Shown here one piece after another: positions 10,069 to 18,500 of a stretch of DNA of 37,559 nucleotides. The stretch is from an uncultured Phycisphaerales bacterium (GTDB lineage Bacteria; Planctomycetota; Phycisphaerae; Phycisphaerales; SM1A02): the NCBI GenBank assembly GCA_938084645.1, contig CALKEP010000003.1:1-37559 (forward strand), read 5' to 3'. The notes beneath the pieces are model-generated. The model was not told the origin of the DNA, made no database searches, and worked only from the letters and a program-made list of their open reading frames with translations. A program made the position numbers and the translations under genes. Position 1 is the first letter of the stretch, and the number at the start of each line of letters is the position of its first letter.

Positions 10069-10326
10069 GGATCTGGTGACGCGGGGATGGCCGAACGGTT
10101 CTGTAAAATCGAACTCCACCCTGGTGGCGGAGCGATCTGACGGTCATTGGTGATCTCGGGGAGAGATGGCTCGAAAAGGAGCGGTGGGATCACCAGAGGG
10201 GGATGTGAACGAGAATGGTACGAAAATCACCACCTCATTCCAACCCTCTATACGACATCCTAGTCTCGGGAACGCGATTTTTCCGCGTGTTTTGCTCGGC
10301 CGTGGACCGTCGTCCATTGTCGGACT

Positions 10327-11253
10327 TCATGCTCCGGGAACATCACCGGAACCCGGATAGCGGCCCACTCGTTGGCGGATCAACTGGCGGCCGAGGTCGT
10401 CGAGAAGACTGGAGGCGCCGAACCGATAGAGCCCGGGTGTCAGCCACGCCTGCCCCAGGGTCTCGCGGACCATGACGAGATGATGGAGGGCGGCCTTCGC
10501 GGCTCGGATCCCACCCGCGGGCTTCATGCCGATCCGCACCCCGGTCTCGTCGAAGTGGTCTCGGATCGCTTCGAGCATCACCAGAACCACCGGCATGGTG
10601 GCGGCAGGCGAGATCTTTCCCGTGGAGGTCTTGATGAAGATCTCCCCATCCGGGATTCCGGAATCCGAGAACGGGGCGGTGACGGCGGCTTCGATCGCCA
10701 GATCGGAGGCAAGCCGGACCTGGTCAAGGGTTCCGAGTTCCCCCGTCTCCAGAATGATCTTCAGATGCGCAGGTCCGCATGCCCGCTTGATCGCCACGAT
10801 TTCGGCCTGCATCTCGTCGTATCTTCCAGCGAGGAACGCCCCCCGGTTGATGACCATGTCGATCTCGTCGGCACCAGCCTCGACCGCCGCATGGACCTCG
10901 GCGAGCCGGGTCTCGAGGGGTGCTTGTCCACTCGGAAACGCGGTCGCCACGCTCGCGATCTTGATTCTCGAGTCTGAAAGGCGGTTTTTCGCCGTCGAGA
11001 CCATGCTGGGGTAGACGCAGACCGCGGCCACCTGGGGGAGGGGAGGCTCGAAATCGATCGGCAGCGGTCGCATCGCCCGGTCACAGAGGCTTCGAACCTT
11101 CTCGGGCGTGTCCGCACCCTCCAGCGTGGTCAGATCCACCATCGAGATCGCGAGCCGGAGCGCTTCCGCCTTGGCGTCGTTCTTGATCGAGCGGGTCGTG
11201 AACTCGGCGGCGCGACGATGCGCCATCACGGGATCGACGGTTCGGTGTCGCAT
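10327..11253 (-). CDS. deoC: Deoxyribose-phosphate aldolase
   Basis: DLTTLEG, AAVCVYP, VATAFPSGQ, EIDMVI, KIILETGEL, FIKTSTGK, KPAGGIR, RFGASSLL. Confidence 0.95.
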   Translation of the reverse strand: MRHRTVDPVMAHRRAAEFTTRSIKNDAKAEALRLAISMVDLTTLEGADTPEKVRSLCDRAMRPLPIDFEPPLPQVAAVCVYPSMVSTAKNRLSDSRIKIASVATAFPSGQAPLETRLAEVHAAVEAGADEIDMVINRGAFLAGRYDEMQAEIVAIKRACGPAHLKIILETGELGTLDQVRLASDLAIEAAVTAPFSDSGIPDGEIFIKTSTGKISPAATMPVVLVMLEAIRDHFDETGVRIGMKPAGGIRAAKAALHHLVMVRETLGQAWLTPGLYRFGASSLLDDLGRQLIRQRVGRYPGSGDVPGA

Positions 11254-11292
11254 GCGGCGGCTCGGGTGAGGGGACTTCTGGGTTCGAAAGAA

Positions 11293-11324
11293 CGCGAGGG
11301 CGTCGCCAACGCGACGCCCTCGCG
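11293..11324 (-). terminator. Intrinsic terminator after the small-protein gene pair, upstream of deoC
   Basis: Perfect 14-bp inverted repeat CGCGAGGGCGTCGC-caac-GCGACGCCCTCGCG followed by TTCTTTC on the minus strand. Confidence 0.75.
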
Positions 11325-11356
11325 ACGATCGGGGTCCGGGAGCTCGCGAACGGCGA

Positions 11357-11734
11357 TCAGCCGCCTCGGCCCGCCGAGAAGAGTCGGGGGAGGTTGGCTC
11401 CGCCCATCAGGACGAGCTTGCTGGCCGAGGGGTTGTTCGCATTCGGGATCGAGTAGATGAGAAGGCTCTCGTCACTCGAATCGATCACGTAGAGAAACTC
11501 GTACGGATTCTCCTTCGGGCCGTTGCCACTCGAGGTGGTGACGAGCGAGAAGCCCTCGTCGGTCGTCGTGGCCATGCCTGCGAACGCAGGATTCGGGGAG
11601 AGATGTCCGGCCTGGAAGATCGCCAGCGTCGCGATCAGGAAGGCGGAAGCCCACAGGATCGCGGCGGAGGGGCTGAGCGTGGTTCGGGTTTCGGCGCCGT
11701 TGGAATCGTTGCCGGGATTGGTGTCGTGGTTCAT
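11357..11734 (-). CDS. Hypothetical exported or membrane-anchored small protein (paralog-like to 11764..12054)
   Basis: SD GAAAGGA before ATG 11734; hydrophobic segment ending PAFA; beta-rich C-terminus FSLVT...FLYVID...LLIY. Confidence 0.8.
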   Translation of the reverse strand: MNHDTNPGNDSNGAETRTTLSPSAAILWASAFLIATLAIFQAGHLSPNPAFAGMATTTDEGFSLVTTSSGNGPKENPYEFLYVIDSSDESLLIYSIPNANNPSASKLVLMGGANLPRLFSAGRGG

Positions 11735-11763
11735 GTGTCGGGTTCCTTTCTCGTCGGGGTGCA

Positions 11764-12054
11764 TCACTTGCCACCCTGTCGGGCGACCACTCCGTCCGCG
11801 GCGAGGTCGGCATATCCCATGCCTTCGAGGATTCGCTTCGAGGCGTCGTATCGGACCGCGACGAGCTGTCGCGAGTTCTGATCGACGATGTAGATGATGT
11901 ACGGCGACGAGCCCTGGGCGCGTCCCGCGACCATCGCGTACTTGCCGCGATACCGTTCCTGGGCGTCGGCGGTCGGAGAGAACGTGATGGCGGCGACGGA
12001 TGCGACCAGCAGTCCGTTCAGGACGAGCAGGCCCTTGATGCTGCGAGGGGACAT
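11764..12054 (-). CDS. Hypothetical secreted small protein
   Basis: GGAG SD; signal peptide GLLVLNGLLVASVAAITFSPTADA/Q; YAMVAG...IIYIVD...LVAVRY. Confidence 0.8.
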   Translation of the reverse strand: MSPRSIKGLLVLNGLLVASVAAITFSPTADAQERYRGKYAMVAGRAQGSSPYIIYIVDQNSRQLVAVRYDASKRILEGMGYADLAADGVVARQGGK

Positions 12055-12145
12055 TCAGTGGCTCCAGAGGAAGTTGATGGACTTCGCACGAGTCATCCTC
12101 GTGACGAGCGGATGTCGTCCGGACCCGGTTCGGATCGGGACGAGA

Positions 12146-12355
12146 TCAGAGGTCCTCGTGCTGTCGCTTCGACGGAAAGAGCGTCAGCAGGAGGAGGATC
12201 CCGGCGAACACCGCGGCGACGAAATAACCCATCCATACGGACGACTTGGTCCCGATGGTGGGGTCCCGAGGCGCGTTCTGGGCGAACACGATGGCGGTGT
12301 CGCTGAACGGAAGGGCGAACATCGTCGCCACCAGCGCTTTGGAGAGGCGGTGCAT
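12146..12355 (-). CDS. Hypothetical small membrane protein (about 69 aa)
   Basis: C-terminal TM VWMGYFVAAVFAGILLLLTLF followed by PSKRQHEDL; start at 12355 or 12322. Confidence 0.65.
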   Translation of the reverse strand: MHRLSKALVATMFALPFSDTAIVFAQNAPRDPTIGTKSSVWMGYFVAAVFAGILLLLTLFPSKRQHEDL

Positions 12356-12362
12356 CAACGCA

Positions 12363-12401
12363 AGGTACCGCCTCGCCCCGGGTTGGGGCAAGGCGGTACC
12401 T
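12363..12401 (-). terminator. Strong hairpin downstream of the LPMO gene (terminator or mRNA-stabilising stem)
   Basis: Minus strand AGGTACCGCCTTGCCCC-aaccc-GGGGCGAGGCGGTACCT, 17 bp with one G-U pair; weak U tract. Confidence 0.55.
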
Positions 12402-12441
12402 CGGTTTGTGGTCGCTTCGTGGATCGAATCCCGGCCGGTGA

Positions 12442-13818
12442 TCAGGGAGCCGGTTCCACGGGGCTTCCATTGAGCATGAGATCGACCGGTGCACTGGGCG
12501 AGCCGGAGCACTGCATCCCGATCGTGAACGACTGGCCCTGGCAGACGTCGCCGTTCCACGTCTCGTTCACGATTCGGACCAGGCCGTCCTCTCGCGGCAC
12601 CAGCTTTCCGTTCCAGACCGAATCCACCGTGAAGGTCTCGGCCGCGAAGAGGGCCTCCCAGCCGCTCAGACACTGCCCCGAGTCGTTGTTGATGGTGAGA
12701 TCGGCGGTGAAACCGGTCCCCCAGTCACCGGTCACGGTCCACGCATAGGTGAACCCGTCGAGCTGACATTCGTCGAGCACTCCGTTCCCGTCCTCATCTC
12801 CGGATCCGTCCGCGATCTCACAGCTGTCGGGAATCAGATTGGTGTTGCAGTCCTCGACCTCGCCGGCGGCGATCGCGCACGCGTCCCAGATTCCATCACC
12901 GTCGCAGTCGACCTGTTCCTGACAGTCGTCGGGGATTCCATCGAGGTTGCAGTCCGCCGCACCCGCCTCGATGGCGTCGTAGTCCGACACGCCGTCGGCA
13001 TCGCAGTCGGGACCGCACGAGCCCCATTCGCCGAGGAGCATTCCAAGGTCGGCGCCGTTGGTCACGCCGTCGTTGTTGACGTCGCCCCCCGGACCACCCC
13101 ATGCACCGAGCATGAGTCCCATGTCTCCACCGTCCACGCGGCCGTTCAGGTCGAGGTCGCTGATGCAGTCGCAGGTCTCGCTGCAGACGCCGAAGTCGAC
13201 GTCGGCGAGCATGTAGAAACCTTCACCCACCGGGTCGATCCGCTGCCAGATCACGTAGATCGAGTGTTTGCCGACCCGCGGCGGAAGCGTCACGCTGAAC
13301 GTGTATTCGTTGCCTTCGAGCGAAATCGGACCGACGGGAATCTGCTGCATCTTCCCCCAGGAAAGCGGCTCCTGCCCCCACGCGTGATCGGGCGTGGTGA
13401 CGAACGCGTACATCTTGAGCGGGTTGTGCGGCGTCGACGCATGGATCGTCATCTCGAACGAACCCGGTTCGACGGGAGTCGTCGGCCACTGATCGCTCAC
13501 CGTGTCGAACGCGAAGAATCGTGGATTGTTCGCGCTGGCCAGCCGGCCATCGGGAATGATCTGGTCGTAGGGGACGTCGAACTGGTCGTAGGAGTCCGCG
13601 GGTGCGAAGTTGACGAGCTCGTTCCAGTTCCAGCAGGCGTCGACGTCCTGGTCGATCAGGCCTTGAAGGAACGGATCGGGATTGGTCATGCATCCACCCT
13701 CCCAGGCGCGATAGATTCGGCTGGGTGGATCGGAGAGTGTTCCGTGGCCCAGAAGCCCGGATGTGAGACCGCCCGCGAGTGCCATCGCGACGATGCCGAT
13801 GTTCCTGGTTCCGTTCAT
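12442..13818 (-). CDS. Secreted AA10 lytic polysaccharide monooxygenase with dockerin-like module, Cys/Asp repeats and C-terminal CBM2
   Basis: 24-aa signal peptide then HGTLSDPPSR (His1), WNWNE, PDGRLASA, STPH (second His), WQRIDPVGEGFY..DV; DVNNDGVTNGADLGMLLGEWG; CBM2 motifs DWGTGFTADLTINN, SVWNG, WNG, IGMQ. Confidence 0.9.
   Translation of the reverse strand: MNGTRNIGIVAMALAGGLTSGLLGHGTLSDPPSRIYRAWEGGCMTNPDPFLQGLIDQDVDACWNWNELVNFAPADSYDQFDVPYDQIIPDGRLASANNPRFFAFDTVSDQWPTTPVEPGSFEMTIHASTPHNPLKMYAFVTTPDHAWGQEPLSWGKMQQIPVGPISLEGNEYTFSVTLPPRVGKHSIYVIWQRIDPVGEGFYMLADVDFGVCSETCDCISDLDLNGRVDGGDMGLMLGAWGGPGGDVNNDGVTNGADLGMLLGEWGSCGPDCDADGVSDYDAIEAGAADCNLDGIPDDCQEQVDCDGDGIWDACAIAAGEVEDCNTNLIPDSCEIADGSGDEDGNGVLDECQLDGFTYAWTVTGDWGTGFTADLTINNDSGQCLSGWEALFAAETFTVDSVWNGKLVPREDGLVRIVNETWNGDVCQGQSFTIGMQCSGSPSAPVDLMLNGSPVEPAP
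12764..13010 (-). repeat. Five intragenic D(C)xxDGxxDxC-type repeats (likely Ca-binding, disulfide-linked linker)
   Basis: DCDADGVSDY, DCNLDGIPDDC, DCDGDGIWDAC, DCNTNLIPDSC, DEDGNGVLDEC; boundaries approximate. Confidence 0.7.
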
Positions 13819-13953
13819 GATCGATGCGCTCCGAAAAGAGGGACCGGAGAGTCGTGCGACATGCGGATGTCGTCGTCGATCTTCTCCATCCGGTCCGTAC
13901 CGTGCTCGCCCGCGTTCAGGTTCCTGAAAGCGTCGAGGTCGTCGGAAAACGCC

Positions 13954-13973
13954 CGTTGAAACATGCTTTAACG
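13954..13973. promoter_or_regulatory. Imperfect 20-bp palindrome, candidate operator upstream of the LPMO gene
   Basis: CGTTGAAACATGCTTTAACG matches its reverse complement at 16/20 positions; AT-rich patch in intergenic DNA. Confidence 0.4.
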
Positions 13974-13999
13974 ACTTTAAACGCAGGTCGATCCGGCGT

Positions 14000-14857
14000 T
14001 CATGCAACAGGATCGATCACGAATCGACCTCGCTCGCCCTCGGCGATTCGAATCACCGGTCGATCCGGCTCGTGGTCCAGCACCAGGGTCCATTCATGCT
14101 TCGCGGCACGGGGGAGGAACCCGAGTTTCGTCCGCATCGATTCGTACGGAAGCATGTCATACGCCAGACTGGCGGATGGATGGACATGGTGGATCGTCGG
14201 AATGAGGTCACCGGGAAAGACGAGGTCTCCATCCGCCGTGTCGACGAAGATCCCCTGCATGCCCCAGGTGTGGCCGATCAAGGGCTCGACGCGAATTCCC
14301 GGGAGGACTTCCTCATCGCCGTCGATCAGACGAACCCGATCGGCGATCGGATCCAGATGGGTTCGAAGGTAGGTACGGGTCATGGTGCTTCGATTCGCGA
14401 GGGCGTCCTCCCATTCTCGGCGTTGCACCACCACCTCGGCGTTTCGAAACACGGGACGAGGCGAGGTTCCCGCTCCAGTCATTTCCGTGGGGTCCGCGCC
14501 ATCCCAGGTCGTCAGTCCGCCGGCGTGATCGAAGTGAAGATGCGTGGTGATCACCGTGTCGATCGAATCGGGGTCGACATCCTGCTCGAGAAGCGCGTCG
14601 ACGACGGTTCTCGATTCGAGGCCGTAATTGGCGCGCTCCCGTTCCGTCCACTTGTCACCGCAGCCGGTCTCCACCAGCACCCGTCTCGAACCGTCTTCGA
14701 GAAGGAGACAGTTCGTCGCGAGGCCGATTCGATTCTCCTCGTCGGGCGTGGTCCAGCCCGACCACATCGACTTCGGGATGATTCCGAACATGCCTCCGCC
14801 GTCGAGACGGAGCCCGCCGGCTCGAAGGAGCCGCCATTTCCAGATGTGTTCATTCAT
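14000..14857 (-). CDS. MBL-fold metallo-hydrolase, YtnP-like
   Basis: LDGGGMFGIIPK, THLHFDHAGG, GHTWG, GDLIPT, AYD, HEP; start ATG 14857. Confidence 0.9.
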   Translation of the reverse strand: MNEHIWKWRLLRAGGLRLDGGGMFGIIPKSMWSGWTTPDEENRIGLATNCLLLEDGSRRVLVETGCGDKWTERERANYGLESRTVVDALLEQDVDPDSIDTVITTHLHFDHAGGLTTWDGADPTEMTGAGTSPRPVFRNAEVVVQRREWEDALANRSTMTRTYLRTHLDPIADRVRLIDGDEEVLPGIRVEPLIGHTWGMQGIFVDTADGDLVFPGDLIPTIHHVHPSASLAYDMLPYESMRTKLGFLPRAAKHEWTLVLDHEPDRPVIRIAEGERGRFVIDPVA

Positions 14858-15013
14858 GTCCGGGCACCTTCGTTGTCGGACCAGCGGCTTCGGCATGGTC
14901 GAGAGATCGATCGAATCACGAGTTTGGCGGAGAATGGCGGAAATGCCGGGGCGTGATTCCGTACTTTATGGCATTGGCAGAGAGCTCCAGACGGAGCCTC
15001 CCGCGAGACGTCA

Positions 15014-15589
15014 TTGGCTGAACTCACCTCCATCTTCAACGACGCGCTGGCCGGCGACGACGAAGCGGCGCGGCAGATGTGGGCCATGGTCTACGAGGAC
15101 CTCCGGATCATGGCCGGAAACTCGTTGAGACGAGGTTCGGGGGATGGCGGACTCGAGCCGACCGAGGTCGTTCACGAGGTCTTTCTTCGAATCGCTCGCA
15201 ACGCGCCCGCGTCGTGGGACAATCGGCGTCATTTCTTCGGGGCCGCGATCCGGGCGATGGAGCATTTCCTGATCGATCGTTCACGGGGAAGGAAGGCGTT
15301 GAAACGCGGGGGTGGAAAGGCTCCGGTGTCGTTGTCGATCCTCGCCGGGGAGCTGGCGGACTACGAACGGGCCACGGAGGTGGCGTCCCGGGGTCTCATC
15401 GGTGCGATCGACGATCTCTTCAAGATCGACGCCAACGCGGCGGAGATCGCGCGTTTCCGCTGGTTCATGGGATTGAACAACGAGCAGACGGCCTCCATCC
15501 TCGAGATTCCGGTATCTCAGGTTCGCCGCGACTGGACGTTCGCGAAGGCCTTCCTGCAGCGTCGACTCGCGGAGTCCGACGAGTCGTGA
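15014..15589 (+). CDS. ECF-type RNA polymerase sigma factor, kinase-associated (TIGR02999-like)
   Basis: VYEDLRIMA, LEPTEVVHEVFLR, RRHFFGAAIRAM..LID, KRGG, RDWTFAKAFL; TTG start. Confidence 0.9.
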   Translation: MAELTSIFNDALAGDDEAARQMWAMVYEDLRIMAGNSLRRGSGDGGLEPTEVVHEVFLRIARNAPASWDNRRHFFGAAIRAMEHFLIDRSRGRKALKRGGGKAPVSLSILAGELADYERATEVASRGLIGAIDDLFKIDANAAEIARFRWFMGLNNEQTASILEIPVSQVRRDWTFAKAFLQRRLAESDES

Positions 15590-18500
15590 GCATCGACGCA
15601 GGCGATCCGCGACCGGTCGAGCATTCGAACGGAGACGCCGCGTCTCGACGCGGCGCTCGAATTCGCGAGCTCTTCGACGCTGCGACCCTCCTTCCGCGTG
15701 CGGATCGCACAGGCTACGTGATGAACGCGACGGATCAGGATTCGATCCGGGATGAAGTGCTGGAAATCCTCGAGTTCGTCGATGCGACGATCGTGGATGA
15801 GCCCGCGCAGCCCGACGACGCGCTGGCGGACGGGGTCGACGGTCTCGTCGGCAGCCGCGTGGGTGACTTCGACCTCGTGCGGCTCGTCGGTACCGGAGGA
15901 ACCAGCGTGGTGTTCGAGGCTCGACAGCGGCGCCCCGACCGCGTGGTCGCGATCAAGGTGCTTCGAAGTGGATTCGCAGGCCCGCGAATGAGGCGGCGGT
16001 TCGAGCGAGAAGTCGAGATCACCGGAAAGCTTCAGCATCCCGGGATCGCACGGATTCTCGCTTCCGGGTCCGTCGCGATCGGTTGCCGGGAGTCGCCCTG
16101 GCTCGCGATGGAGTTCGTCCCGAACGCACGGCCGATCACCCGATACGCGACCGATGAAGGGCTCGACATCGCGGCCCGGATTCGCCTGGTTCGAGAAGTC
16201 ATCGGCGCAGTTCGCTACGCACACGGTCGCGGGGTGATCCACCGGGATCTGAAGCCGGCGAACATCCTGGTCGATGGTGCGGGCTCCGTTCGCGTGATCG
16301 ATTTCGGAATCGCTCGTCTCGATGAGTCGTCGTCGAGCGCCGACACCCTCGCCACGATGCCCGGGCAGGTTCTGGGGACCGTTCCGTTCATGGCCCCCGA
16401 ACAGATCGATGCCGGGATCGACGGCGTCGACGTTCGAACCGACGAGTATTCGCTCGGTGTCGTCGTCTATCTCCTGCTCGCGGAACGCATGCCGTACGAA
16501 CTCGTCGACTGCGGGATCGTCGAAGCCGCTCGCCGCATTCGATCGATCGAGCCGGCTTCACTTCGGCGATACGCACCGAAGGTCGATCGTGATCTCGACC
16601 AGGTCGTTCGAAAGATGCTCCAGAAGTCGCCGGACGACCGATATCCGTCGATCGAAGCCGTCGACCTGGAGCTCGAATCATGGTCGTTCGGGCGTCCGGT
16701 CCTCGCGAGACCGATCACCGCGCCCGCACGGCTCTGGCGACTGGCACGTCGGAATCCACTCTCGGCCAGTCTCGTGGGCACGATGATCCTGGTCGCCATC
16801 GCGACGGTCGTGATCCTGTCGGTGATGTTGGATCGAGAGACCGGTCTGCGTCGCATCGCGATCAGCGCCGCCGCCGAAGCGAACCTGGCTTCCGCGATCT
16901 CCGCTCACGCCGCCGGCGACATCGCCTCGATGGAGATTCGGCTCGAGGAGATCCCGGAGTCGGATCGTGGATGGGTCTATCGCTGGCTGGCCGGCGCCAT
17001 CGATCCAAGTGTGATGTCGATCACCGGATTCAGTGGCGACGTGATCGACCTCGATCTGATCGAGGATCCCCCGAGCGGGTCCAACGACTGGTTGTTGGTC
17101 TCGAACTATCCAGGGCTGTACGCGTTGGACGCGTTGACGGGCGAGGAAATCTGGTTCACCCCATGGCTGGACCCGACCCATGGGTGGCGTCATGCGTTGA
17201 TCGAACCTCGTGGGCTCGTCGCGGCCGTTGATCTTCTTGGTCGGGTGAGAGTCGTCCGTCTCGACACCGGTGCGATCGTCAAGACGACGATGCTGCCGGA
17301 ACCCATCGGGGAGATCGTGCCTTCATCGTCGGGCGAAGAGCTTCTCGCGGTCGGTGAAGTGGGCAATCTCTACGTGCTCGACGTTCCGAATCTTCAGGTT
17401 CTCCGAAAGATCGAGACCGGTTCTCGAAGCTGTCGGAGCGGAGTCTGGTTGTCGGACGGACGCATCGTGGTCGGTACGCAAGAGGGCCGGGTCCTGGTCT
17501 TCGATTCCGATCTGGACTCCGGTCGATCCGTTTTCGAGACGAAGTCGAACGCCATCCGACTGGACAAGACGGCTGACGACCGACTGGTCGCGGTCGGATT
17601 CGGCGATGGTCGTACGGTGATCCTCCGGTCGCGGGATTGGACGGTCGAGCACGAACTTCGGGGAGGGAAGGCGGGGATCTTCGGAATCGCCTTCGATCCC
17701 GATGGTCGAGTCGTCCATACCGTCGGCACGGATGATTCGATTCGGAGTTTCGACCTTCTGACCGGGCAGCAGACGTTGATGATCGGGAGTTCGCAGGGAT
17801 ACGTCTGGTCCGTCGCCGTCGATGGCAACGGCGAACATCTCTGGACCGGAGGCAATGACGGATCCGTCCGGAAGTGGCGACGGTCGGGTGGCGGCCTCAC
17901 GTTCCCCGGAGACGGAACACCCACCGTTGCGGACTTCGAACCGAATGGATCTCGTTTCGTGGTCATGGGCGAGGACGGTCGGATGTGTTTCGGCGACGCG
18001 GAGCTTGGTGTTTGGGACCGATCGAGGCCCGGCATCGGTGAACCGGTGGTCGAGGGGCGAGCCACCGCGATTCGCTGGATCGAGGATGACGTCCTCTTCG
18101 TGGGTTGCAGGTCCTCCGGTCTCTGGATCGTCGATTCACGCACTGGTGCATCGCGGAACGTCATCGCCTCGGGCTCGATCGCGGAGATCGTTCGTCATCC
18201 GGACGGGGGGGTGATCGTCGGATTCAGCGATGGTCGCCTGTCGCATGTCGACCGGGACGGCAAGGTCCTGAAGACGGCACGACTCCCCGTACCGGATCGG
18301 CCCCACGAAATCCCGTCGATTCGTCGCCGGATGGCGGTGAGTCCGGCGACGCGGGAGCTCGCCATCATCTCGACGGGCAGGCACGGCAAGACAGGCAAGG
18401 TCGACCTCGATACATGGGAGACGGTCTGGTCTCCCGAACGTTCGGCTGTGAGCTACGACTTCGACATCGATTTCTCGCCGGATGGAGGCCGGCTCGCGAT

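Noticed and set aside
5914..11253. Bacterial microcompartment locus (aldolase plus aldehyde dehydrogenase plus small genes)
   Set aside because: None of the small proteins shows BMC shell motifs; they have signal or TM segments, and the ALDH is not of the acylating EutE/PduP type
12055..12096. 13-codon upstream ORF (MTRAKSINFLWSH*) in frame and abutting the ATG at 12054; possible leader peptide or TGA readthrough
   Set aside because: No properly spaced SD for it, while the downstream gene has its own GGAG and a normal signal peptide; probably chance
12146..12160. C-terminal HEDL resembling KDEL/HDEL retention signals
   Set aside because: A four-residue resemblance with no supporting machinery; likely coincidence
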